Assembly (NCBI GenBank): GCA_028822935.1
Contig: JAPKCM010000021.1
Location: 3,509-67,508, forward strand
Length of the DNA stretch: 64,000 bases
Origin: Akkermansiaceae bacterium
GTDB lineage: Bacteria; Verrucomicrobiota; Verrucomicrobiia; Verrucomicrobiales; Akkermansiaceae
Direction of reading: 5' to 3'
Every line of letters starts with the position of its first letter. Within the stretch, counting starts at the first letter, position 1. Below, in pieces: positions 16,711 to 27,014 of the stretch. The notes under the pieces were generated by a model. It saw only the letters and a list, made by a program, of their open reading frames with translations, was not told the origin of the DNA and did no database searches. The translations under genes and the position numbers were made by a program.

Positions 16711-16809
16711 TTAATCAACCTCAAAACGAACGTTTGGAAGCTGACAACTGCTATTCACCCTTACATGAAAACTGCGACTAAGTTGCGGTTTATCAAATAG
16801 ATAAACCAT
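16711..16809 (-). CDS. Candidate 32-aa small ORF (MVYLFDKPQLSRSFHVRVNSSCQLPNVRFEVD)
   Basis: ATG 16809 is preceded by GAGG, with about 3 nt of spacing. The TAA at 16711-16713 lies 7 nt before the terminator stem. It is too short for the ORF track and I recognise no homology. Confidence 0.3.
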   Translation of the reverse strand: MVYLFDKPQLSRSFHVRVNSSCQLPNVRFEVD

Positions 16810-16948
16810 AAACCTCGATATTTGTTCAAACAAAAGTTGATCTTTTTCAATGGAAACACAAAACGCTAATCAGTAATGAGTTACGGGAAATATTTTTCCT
16901 GAGTTTTTGAAGGGTTGTCAGAAAGAAATGAGGGCTTAGCCTGAAATC

Positions 16949-19066
<2,118 letters not shown>

Positions 19067-19191
19067 TTACTTCGTTCAAATCCAAAATTCTAGAATTTAA
19101 GGTTCTAAACGGGGATTGGGTGGGTGAAGGGCTTCGGGTTGCGGATCATTGTGTCGCGATCGAATTTCTCGCCCGCTATTCCTGTCATTTT

Positions 19192-20088
19192 TTAATCCCA
19201 GCCCGATGGGCTGGGGAGATATCTTTTTTTAGCAGAGGGAGGTGGTGGAGTTGGGAGCGGAGAGTGTTTTCGTTTTTGACGGTCTTTGTAGACGGTTCCG
19301 ATGCCGCGGCCGACCCAGAGTTGGGCGTCGTTTTTTTTGAAGTCGCCGTAGATGTAATTTTTACCGTAGCGGACTTTCGCCGGGGCGTAGCCGATGAGGG
19401 GGATGCGGCATTGTCCGCCGTGGGTGTGGCCGGAGAGTTGGAGTGAGATGGGCCGCTCGGGATGAAGTTGGTCGAAGACGTCGGGTTCGTGGACGAGGGC
19501 GATGACGGGGTCGTCTTTTCGATGGCCTCGCCAGGCGCGGGCGGGATCAAGGTGTCCGCCCCAGATGGAGTCGAGTCCGGGAATGAAGACGCGCTCGCCC
19601 TTGATGGTGAGATTGGTGCCATCGTTCTGGAGGTAGTTGATGCCCGCGTTTTCCAGGTGGCGGAGAAGATGGCCAGGAGGGCAGTGCCATCGGTCGTGAT
19701 TTCCGGGGCTGGCGATGATGCCGTGGGTCGCGGAAAGAGGACGGAGTTTGGTGCAGAGTTCGGAGAGTGAGGAGGGGTTCTTGATGACGAAGTCACCGGT
19801 GATGAGGATGAGATCGGGCGCTTCTTTCTTCACGGCGACGATCATTTTTTGGCAGAGTTCCTCATCGGAGCCGGGGCGGTAGTGAATGTCGGTGAGGTGG
19901 ACGATGCGGAAGCCATCGAGCGCCTTGGGCCAATTGTGGAGCGTGAAGTCCTTCCGGGTGATGCTCAGGGAATCCGGTTCGCCAAGGAAGGCCCAGCCGG
20001 TGCTTGGGATTCCGGCGGCGATCATGCCGAGGGCGGCGCGGCGGGAGTAGGTCTTGATTCGGCTGGGAGCAGGCATGGGAGGTTTCAT
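19192..20088 (-). CDS. Calcineurin-like metallophosphoesterase (YaeI-like), Tat-like leader
   Basis: Motifs VHLTDIHY, ITGDFV, SPGNHD, LVHEPD and SGHTHGGQ. N-terminal SRRAALGMIAAG. The C-terminal ~35 aa are Pro/Lys-rich and atypical. Confidence 0.85.
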   Translation of the reverse strand: MKPPMPAPSRIKTYSRRAALGMIAAGIPSTGWAFLGEPDSLSITRKDFTLHNWPKALDGFRIVHLTDIHYRPGSDEELCQKMIVAVKKEAPDLILITGDFVIKNPSSLSELCTKLRPLSATHGIIASPGNHDRWHCPPGHLLRHLENAGINYLQNDGTNLTIKGERVFIPGLDSIWGGHLDPARAWRGHRKDDPVIALVHEPDVFDQLHPERPISLQLSGHTHGGQCRIPLIGYAPAKVRYGKNYIYGDFKKNDAQLWVGRGIGTVYKDRQKRKHSPLPTPPPPSAKKRYLPSPSGWD

Positions 20089-20185
20089 TTAGAGAAACGA
20101 CAGCGAGGAGGAGATTGGTGAAACTATTTCGGGATTTGAGGATACCGGGGAGACCCTGACTGGACAGGCGATCTTTTCCCCCGCT

Positions 20186-20623
20186 ATGATGCTTTCAGTG
20201 AGCGAGAGCAGATTAACGATTCCCCAATATGCGATGGCCTTGGCTGAGGTGGCGAGCCTGCGATCAGAGGATCCTTTTCGAAAAGTGGGCGCGGCAGCGC
20301 TGGACTGGGATAACCGGGTGATCGCGACGGCTTACAACGGACTTGCGCCCGGGTTTGAGGCTCCAGAGGGTTTCTGGGATGACCGAGATGGACGGCAAAA
20401 GTTCATGCTCCACGCGGAAGTGAACTTGTGCAGTCTCTTTAAGAGAGGGGAGGCCAAGATTGTTGCCACCACTACGATGCCCTGCACGGCGTGCATGCAA
20501 ACGCTCTGTGCTTACGGGATCAAAGAGATCTACTATCGCGTCACCTACCTCGAATCGGATGCGCCAGAGATCGCGAAGATCTATGGGATCATTTTGGAAC
20601 AAGTAGAAGATAAGGGCGCCTAG
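20186..20623 (+). CDS. dCMP/cytidine deaminase-family zinc enzyme (ComEB-like)
   Basis: HAEVN and PCTACMQ zinc-binding motifs; 145 aa. Confidence 0.85.
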   Translation: MMLSVSESRLTIPQYAMALAEVASLRSEDPFRKVGAAALDWDNRVIATAYNGLAPGFEAPEGFWDDRDGRQKFMLHAEVNLCSLFKRGEAKIVATTTMPCTACMQTLCAYGIKEIYYRVTYLESDAPEIAKIYGIILEQVEDKGA

Positions 20624-20634
20624 AAGGCGGCCGC

Positions 20635-21429
20635 TTACTCGGCGACCTCAAGGTCGCCTCCGTAGAAGCTCTTGATGTAGCCGAACTCGATGAGGGTGTC
20701 CTGCCAAGGGGCGGTTATTCCTGGCAGGTTGAAGATGCGGCCGGCACGTGCAAGCCAGACTTCGGCAACGGCCGTGCGCTCTTCAGAGTAGGCGATGGCG
20801 GCGGTGCCATAGTAATACAAGGGAGTGTCACTTAGAAAAGTAGTGTCTTTAAGAAGACCTTCGGCTCCTGCTTTGTCGTCCAGCTTCAATTTGCAAAGGA
20901 GAATTTTAAAGATGATCAAGTCCTTCATGTCCTCCTGATTTCCTTTATATTTAGGGAGGAGCTTCACTAGCTGGTCGTGAGCGGCCTGCCAGTTCTGAGT
21001 GACGAAATCGATTTCTGCTTTGTTGAAGAGAACGTTGATGTTTCCGGGATCTGCGACGAGGGCGGTATCGAACGCAGTCGCTGCTTTTTTGAAAGCGCGA
21101 AACTCAACGTAGCAAGCACCTTTAAGGTTCAGGGCCGAGGGATTGTTTTTGTAGATGAGCTCGGCCTTGTGGATGCTTTCTAGACATTCGAAGATGCGCT
21201 TTTGGCTGAAGACCTGTTCGGCGCGCACCAAGGCGTTCCAGTAAACCTTCTTTTGTTCAAGGGGGAGGTTGTCGAGGTCGATCCTATATTGCGCGACTTC
21301 TTTCTCCGCCTTGTCTTGCTCAAGTGTTTCCTTTGCGGTATTTGCAGGAGCAGGGATTTCCTCTTTGGGAGCTACCTGAGCTGTCAAAGAGAACAGGGGA
21401 AGGAAAAGACCAATGAGACACAGTTTCAT
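20635..21429 (-). CDS. Secreted TPR-repeat protein
   Basis: Signal peptide MKLCLIGLFLPLFSLTAQ, followed by several TPR-like helical pairs. Confidence 0.65.
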   Translation of the reverse strand: MKLCLIGLFLPLFSLTAQVAPKEEIPAPANTAKETLEQDKAEKEVAQYRIDLDNLPLEQKKVYWNALVRAEQVFSQKRIFECLESIHKAELIYKNNPSALNLKGACYVEFRAFKKAATAFDTALVADPGNINVLFNKAEIDFVTQNWQAAHDQLVKLLPKYKGNQEDMKDLIIFKILLCKLKLDDKAGAEGLLKDTTFLSDTPLYYYGTAAIAYSEERTAVAEVWLARAGRIFNLPGITAPWQDTLIEFGYIKSFYGGDLEVAE

Positions 21430-21467
21430 AAGGACAGAGGTTAGTATAATGGGGAGGGGGACGCAAG

Positions 21468-22052
21468 TCAGGGATCCGATTTGTAGAGATCTTTTTTTGA
21501 AATGAAATTGAACACTTTTTTAGGAAGCCAGTGCGGTCTTTTGTTTTCTGCAAGATCCTTTCGGATTTCGGACGCGGATGCCGGGTGATTGCCTGGGAGG
21601 AAATGAGAGCGGTAGCCCGAGCGGCTGCCGGGCTCACCGTCTCTGCCAACCACAATGAATTCCAAAGCTGCTGCCAGTTTTTCCGGATGGGTCCAGCGGG
21701 GAAGGGCCTGCCACTGGTCAAGGCCGATGAGGAGAAAGAGCTGCGCTTTGGGGGGGAGGGTTGGCTTGAGGGCTTCCACGGTTTGCCATGTATAGGATGG
21801 GAGCTGGAGCTGGAGCTCGAAATCGCTGACTGAGGCCCAGTCTAATTCCTGGGTGGCCAGCTTGATCATTTGGAGGCGATCCTCGTCCGAAGCGAGGGGC
21901 CCGCTTTTCTTGTGAGGGGACTGGCGGCAGGGGAGAAAAAGAACCTGATCGAGAGAAAGAGCGGCATGGGCCTTTTCGGCAATCTCGAGGTGCCCCTCAT
22001 GGATGGGGTCAAAGGTGCCGCCAAAGAGCGCGATGCGAAAGGGGACGGACAT
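21468..22052 (-). CDS. nadD: Nicotinate-nucleotide adenylyltransferase NadD
   Basis: IALFGGTFDPIHEGHLEIA motif; 194 aa. Confidence 0.9.
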   Translation of the reverse strand: MSVPFRIALFGGTFDPIHEGHLEIAEKAHAALSLDQVLFLPCRQSPHKKSGPLASDEDRLQMIKLATQELDWASVSDFELQLQLPSYTWQTVEALKPTLPPKAQLFLLIGLDQWQALPRWTHPEKLAAALEFIVVGRDGEPGSRSGYRSHFLPGNHPASASEIRKDLAENKRPHWLPKKVFNFISKKDLYKSDP

Positions 22053-22060
22053 GGGCTTCG

Positions 22061-22798
22061 CTAGGGAATTTCTTTTCGCTCGATTTCAATCTGTCCGAGT
22101 AAGCTATCCTGGCGGGCCTTAAATTGATTCATTTTCATCAATTCGAGCAAGGCGAGGAAGGTGACAATGACTTCGATCTTGGAAGAAGCCTCCTGGAAGA
22201 GGGACTGGAGGCTGAGCGATTCCCCGGGAGGGATGAGATTCAGGAGGTAGTCAATTTTGTCGCTGACGGTGTAGCGGTCATCGATGATGTCGCCAAAGTC
22301 ACGCGTTTCTTCAAAGCGCTTGATGACATTTTGAAAAGCGCGGATGAGATCGAAAATGGAGACTTCCGCGAGAGGAACGGGCTCCGAGTCGTCCGGACGA
22401 GCCTTTTTTTCCGGAGAGTGGGCGAAGACTTGTTCTTGGGCTACTTCGCACTGAGCAAGAAAACCGGCGGCGTCTTTGAATTTTTTGTATTCGATGAGTT
22501 GACGGATCAGCTCCCAACGGGGGTCGTCCTCGTCTGCTTCATCCTCAGGCGGTTGCACCTGCTTTGGGAGGAGAGTGCGGCTTTTGATATACATCAAATT
22601 TGCCGCCATGGAGATGAATTCGGAAGCAAGGTCGATATTGAGCATTTTGAAGCTCTCGACGTATTCGAGATATTGGGAGGTAATCCGTTGGATGGAAATA
22701 TCATAGATATCCACCTCGTCCCGACGGATGAGATAGAGAAGCAAGTCCAGCGGGCCTTCGAAGAATTCGAGGCTCACCTTATAATCGGCATCTTCCAT
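22061..22798 (-). CDS. scpA: Segregation and condensation protein A
   Basis: LEFFEGPLDLLLYLIRRDEVDIYDISIQRITSQYLEY is the canonical ScpA N-terminus; 245 aa. Confidence 0.9.
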   Translation of the reverse strand: MEDADYKVSLEFFEGPLDLLLYLIRRDEVDIYDISIQRITSQYLEYVESFKMLNIDLASEFISMAANLMYIKSRTLLPKQVQPPEDEADEDDPRWELIRQLIEYKKFKDAAGFLAQCEVAQEQVFAHSPEKKARPDDSEPVPLAEVSIFDLIRAFQNVIKRFEETRDFGDIIDDRYTVSDKIDYLLNLIPPGESLSLQSLFQEASSKIEVIVTFLALLELMKMNQFKARQDSLLGQIEIERKEIP

Positions 22799-22977
22799 GG
22801 GGAAGGCAATATCGAAGCAATGAGGCTTGGGCGAGTGAAATTCAGGCGACCTTCTGATTATTTACTTTGTCAAGAGTGACGATCCTTCGCTAGGCTCTTC
22901 CTGTGCACCAGTCCGTCGATAAAGAACGATTGAAAGAATACAATAATCGGGTTTCTTTGTGGATCGGTGAACAGGGA

Positions 22978-24567
22978 ATGTTTTTCCAGTTGAGGTATGC
23001 CGGAATCGTCGCGAATTCCTCGCTTATTAAGCAGATTTGGATCTTTTTGATGAAGTTGCTGATCCTCATCGTTGCGTTGGTCAGTATTTCTTATATTTTC
23101 CTCAACAGGCACTTTTCCGCTGGTAACTACAGTGAGAGGATCGGTGAACAGATCGGTGAGGTTCTTGGTGCGGAAGAAATTGAGGCCACCGGCTTTTCGC
23201 GAGCACGCGGGCAGGGTCTGTTTCGGAATGTGGAGCTGATCGGAGGCGATGATAGCTTCTATATTGAAGCCGAGTTGAAATCTCTTTCTGGCCCATTTAC
23301 TTTTCTTGCAGGCATTACCGAAGATTGGATCCCAGAGAAGATTCGCATCGATGAGGCGTCCTTCCAATTGAAAGCGGGCGGAGAAGACGAAGAAATGGAG
23401 CAAGCCTTCGCGGCAGTGATCGATACTTTTTCCGGTTCCAAGCTTCAGTCCATTAGCATTGAGCATCTCGACTTTGATTGGGGCTATACCAAGCTGACCT
23501 ATGGCGCGATCACCGACACAGCATTCATCGCAAATTATGTCGATGGCTCCTGGGAAATCTCTTTGACTGGAGGACTGTTCACTCAAAATTGGCTGAAAGA
23601 CCTTGAGTTGATCTCAGCAAAAATCGTCTGTGGACCAGATGGAATTACTATTGAATCGATGGACTTGAAGCTCGGCGAAGGAAGCATGAGCTTCTCTGGC
23701 GGGATTCGTGGCACCTTGGCGATGCCGGAGTTTCAGATTGTCGGAGAGTTCGTTTCTCTTCCGGTAGATCGTCTTATTAACCAGGCCGGGGTGCAGATGA
23801 GGGAATTTATTTCGGGTGCGATTTCAGGAGAGCTCAACATCGAGGGTTCCACGAATCGCAAGATTTTGACTCATGGCAAAGCGAGAATCAAGGAAGGTGA
23901 TGTCATCACCGTCCGCGAAAAATGGGCCATCCTTAGGATGCTGTCGATTCTTGACTCGAATAATAGCTTTCGCCGTGTCGATTTTAACACTGGATCGTTC
24001 AACTTTTCGTCTGGAGGTGGTGGACTTGAGATCAGTGATATCGTCCTTCAGTCCAGTAATCAATTGAGGTTGGAGGGGGAACTTTCAACCCGTCTTCCGA
24101 CTCAGAAGGAAGCTGCCGAAGCTCTCGGGATTACGCTGAGCAAGGGATTTGGAAAAGGTCTCGTCAATGATCCCACCGATGTTTCCAGCGCTTCCTCCTT
24201 AGAGGAGGAAAGAATAAGCCTAAAGAAAGCGGCGAATGGAGGTAAGGTGAGCGACTTAGACCTAGATTTGTCGAATTTAGAATCTTCGAAAGATGGTAAA
24301 AAGGTCCGAGAGAGTCCGCAAGAGCTTGAAGAAAAGCGTCTGAGGCTCGCGATGAATGTCCTCCGGGTCGAGGGAGACTTAAAACTGGGTGTTTATGCTG
24401 GGGCCTTTTCAGGATACGTTTCCCTGAAGGAAAAATATCCTAGCGATAATGAGAACTGGCGTTGGATTCCTTTGGGCTTTAAAAGCACTTTTTCCACGAT
24501 TTCAGAAGAGGAAGCTAAACAACTCAAGCTTGAGAGCCGGCCAAACCGAATTACGCCCACTGAGTAA
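22978..24567 (+). CDS. Hypothetical membrane-anchored protein (possibly AsmA-like)
   Basis: Long ORF with one N-terminal TM helix (IWIFLMKLLILIVALVSISYIF) and beta-rich composition. The ORF track starts at GTG 22903; ATG 22978 is an alternative. No firm motif recognised. Confidence 0.55.
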   Translation: MFFQLRYAGIVANSSLIKQIWIFLMKLLILIVALVSISYIFLNRHFSAGNYSERIGEQIGEVLGAEEIEATGFSRARGQGLFRNVELIGGDDSFYIEAELKSLSGPFTFLAGITEDWIPEKIRIDEASFQLKAGGEDEEMEQAFAAVIDTFSGSKLQSISIEHLDFDWGYTKLTYGAITDTAFIANYVDGSWEISLTGGLFTQNWLKDLELISAKIVCGPDGITIESMDLKLGEGSMSFSGGIRGTLAMPEFQIVGEFVSLPVDRLINQAGVQMREFISGAISGELNIEGSTNRKILTHGKARIKEGDVITVREKWAILRMLSILDSNNSFRRVDFNTGSFNFSSGGGGLEISDIVLQSSNQLRLEGELSTRLPTQKEAAEALGITLSKGFGKGLVNDPTDVSSASSLEEERISLKKAANGGKVSDLDLDLSNLESSKDGKKVRESPQELEEKRLRLAMNVLRVEGDLKLGVYAGAFSGYVSLKEKYPSDNENWRWIPLGFKSTFSTISEEEAKQLKLESRPNRITPTE

Positions 24568-24568
24568 T

Positions 24569-25438
24569 TTAGAAGGAGAGAGACTCCGCGATCTCAATCG
24601 TGCCTCTGCTCTTATTAAGAGTGTAAAGGTGGATTCCTGAGGTTCCTTGATCGATTAGCCCCTGGCACTGCGTTTTTGCGTAATCAATCCCAGCCTGTCG
24701 GATTAACATGGCATCGTCTCCTGCGGCATTCAAGACTCGCAAAAGGGAGGCGGGAAAGCGGCTTCCCTCTGCCAGCTCGGCCATGCGCCGCATCCCTGAA
24801 ATGGTGGTGATCGGCATGACTCCGGCTACGATAGGAAGGTAGATACCCGCCAGCTCACAGCGCTCGCGGTAGTCGGAAAAGTCATGATTATCGAAGAAAA
24901 GCTGCGTGCAGATATAATCGGCCCCTGCATCGATTTTCTTCTTAAAATGATCCATTTCCATCAAGCGGTTTTGAGTCGTGGGATGCCCCTCGGGAAATCC
25001 CGCGACGCCGATGGTGAAGTCGGCAGAATGCTCTTTGATAAATTTGACGAGATCGCCAGCATACTGGAAGTGGTCTTTACTTCGATCGTAATCAGGTTGG
25101 TTGCGAGGGGGATCACCTCGCAGGGCAAGAATGGTTTTTACGCCATCTTCGGCATAGCGATCGAGGATTTCCATCATCTCTTCCTTAGAATGGCCGATGC
25201 AGGTGAGGTGAGGAATGGTGGGGACGCACGTCTCTTTCATGATGCGCTGAACCACTGAGCGGGTGCGCTCTCGTGTCGTTCCTCCTGCTCCGTAGGTGAC
25301 ACTGACAAATGCAGGGTTCAGGCGATCCAGCTCATGGACTGTTTCCAACAAGGTGTCTGAGGCAGATTCGTCTTTTGGCGGAAAAAACTCGAAAGAGAGG
25401 GTTGTGCGCTCTGCGTGCAGAAGGGAGATGATGTTCAT
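24569..25438 (-). CDS. metF: 5,10-methylenetetrahydrofolate reductase MetF
   Basis: SFEFFPPKDE and VSVTYGAGGTTRERT motifs; 289 aa. Confidence 0.92.
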   Translation of the reverse strand: MNIISLLHAERTTLSFEFFPPKDESASDTLLETVHELDRLNPAFVSVTYGAGGTTRERTRSVVQRIMKETCVPTIPHLTCIGHSKEEMMEILDRYAEDGVKTILALRGDPPRNQPDYDRSKDHFQYAGDLVKFIKEHSADFTIGVAGFPEGHPTTQNRLMEMDHFKKKIDAGADYICTQLFFDNHDFSDYRERCELAGIYLPIVAGVMPITTISGMRRMAELAEGSRFPASLLRVLNAAGDDAMLIRQAGIDYAKTQCQGLIDQGTSGIHLYTLNKSRGTIEIAESLSF

Positions 25439-25541
25439 CTAGGAGGGAAGATAAGGTGCGTGGCAACCGAGCGTCCACGGAAAATGCTTCTTTTTACGCA
25501 ACCTTTGGGCTGATTCGTGCTTTCATCACTCAAGTTCGATC

Positions 25542-26261
25542 ATGAAGTCATCCATCCTCCTCTTATTAATTCTCTCCATTGGGTCTGGAATCGCGCAAGA
25601 AAAGGGGCGTAACAAGAAAGGTTCCAAGCGTTCTGGGGGAGGGAGAGATCATCAAGCGAGCTTCTTTCATCACTTTGATTCCGATAAGAATAGGAAGGTC
25701 ACTCGGGCGGAATTTGACGCTGGTGAGCGGATTAAGGATTTGAGTCAGGAGGTCAGGGATAAGCTCTTTGGCCGCCTTGATAAGGACAAAGACGGAGTCA
25801 TCACTAAGAAGGAGATGAAACCTCCTTCGGGCGAGCGCCCTCCGGGTTTTGAGGATATGCGCCACTTTTTAAAAGAAGCGGACGCCAATCAGGATGGGAA
25901 GATCACGGCGGAGGAGTTTGCGGCACACCCTCGCTTTGCAGAAATGCCTAAAAAGCGCAGTAAGAATGTTTTCGAGATGATCGACCGAAATCACGATGGC
26001 GTAATCACTCGGGAAGATCATCGCCGTCCGGGCAACGAGCGGAACATGGTGAAGGACTTCGATCTCGATAAGAGCGGCGCTCTTTCTTGGGCGGAGTTCA
26101 AAAATATTCCTCATGTGATGGCCACGGGAGAGAAAAAAAGTCGTCGCCGGTTCGAGGAGCTCGATTCAGACAATAACGGGGAACTCTCGAAGGAAGAGGT
26201 CAGGAAGGCCGGTCCTCCTCAGCATCCTCGACGTGACGGGCCGTCCAGGCCTAAAAAATAA
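25542..26261 (+). CDS. Secreted protein with six EF-hand calcium-binding loops
   Basis: Signal peptide MKSSILLLLILSIGSGIAQ. Loops: DSDKNRKVTRAEF, DKDKDGVITKKEM, DANQDGKITAEEF, DRNHDGVITRED, DLDKSGALSWAEF, DSDNNGELSKEEV. Confidence 0.85.
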   Translation: MKSSILLLLILSIGSGIAQEKGRNKKGSKRSGGGRDHQASFFHHFDSDKNRKVTRAEFDAGERIKDLSQEVRDKLFGRLDKDKDGVITKKEMKPPSGERPPGFEDMRHFLKEADANQDGKITAEEFAAHPRFAEMPKKRSKNVFEMIDRNHDGVITREDHRRPGNERNMVKDFDLDKSGALSWAEFKNIPHVMATGEKKSRRRFEELDSDNNGELSKEEVRKAGPPQHPRRDGPSRPKK

Positions 26262-26946
26262 CCTCGAAGAGAAGGCCTCCTTGGACAGAATCGGATGCGG
26301 TGCTGTCATCGAGCTGGATGCTCCAACCGACGAAGGGCGTAAAGGCTACTGAGTCGGATACGGCGTAAGTGAGGGAAAAACGGCCGTAGAGGTCGTTGAA
26401 CCCGTCCCGGGTCAGGTAGTCATCCACGTAGCTGATGCCATTTTCCAGAGCAATGAAGGCGGAATCGGAAATGGACTTACTCCAGCGAATATCCAGAGCG
26501 GTGTAAAATGCTTCATTACCGAAGTCGTAATAGGTCCCGGCTTTCCCGTCCCAGTCGTCACTCGCTTGGTAGGTGACGAAGAATCCGAGATCGAGGCCAC
26601 TTTCGAGGATGCTGCTTCCAAAATGGCGGTAGGTGAGGGAGGAGCCAACGACTGTCTTTGTGTCAAGTTCATGGCGGTAATCAACGAAGGCTCCGGTCTC
26701 GGAAAAGTTCCCGTCGCCTTCTCCTAAATACCAGCTCCCGACACTAATGGTATCGAAATTAGAAAGAGCGATCTCGGCTTCGATTTGGAAATCGAGAGAC
26801 GTTTCCGCGAGTTCGAAACCGCGGTAGGCGTATCCAGTACGGAATCCGGTGACTGCCTCAATCCCCAGGGGGATATCATTCTCGATTTCGGCCCATGCGG
26901 GCAGGCAAAGAGAGGCGGCGAGGCAGGAGGAGATCGCGTTCTTCAT
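26251..26946 (-). CDS. Putative outer-membrane beta-barrel protein (Gcw_chp/TIGR02001-like by recollection)
   Basis: Signal peptide MKNAISSCLAASLCLPAWA, alternating beta pattern, YAYRGFELAETSLDFQ motif, C-terminal ...LLFEVIF ending in Phe. Preferred ATG is 26946 (ORF open to 27000). Confidence 0.6.
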   Translation of the reverse strand: MKNAISSCLAASLCLPAWAEIENDIPLGIEAVTGFRTGYAYRGFELAETSLDFQIEAEIALSNFDTISVGSWYLGEGDGNFSETGAFVDYRHELDTKTVVGSSLTYRHFGSSILESGLDLGFFVTYQASDDWDGKAGTYYDFGNEAFYTALDIRWSKSISDSAFIALENGISYVDDYLTRDGFNDLYGRFSLTYAVSDSVAFTPFVGWSIQLDDSTASDSVQGGLLFEVIF

Positions 26947-27014
26947 GGCTGTGACTGTGTGGTTTAAGGTCTGCGTGGTCAACCAAGCAGAAAACCACAC
27001 CTATATAATACCGC

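Noticed and set aside
19197-19230. Hairpin CCCAGCCC-gat-GGGCTGGG followed by T7 as the terminator of the yyaL-like gene
   Set aside because: The stem overlaps the last codons and stop of the convergent phosphoesterase gene. The T-run is 8 nt away from the stem, the loop is only 3 nt, and the hairpin is 130 nt past the yyaL stop. It is too non-canonical to call.
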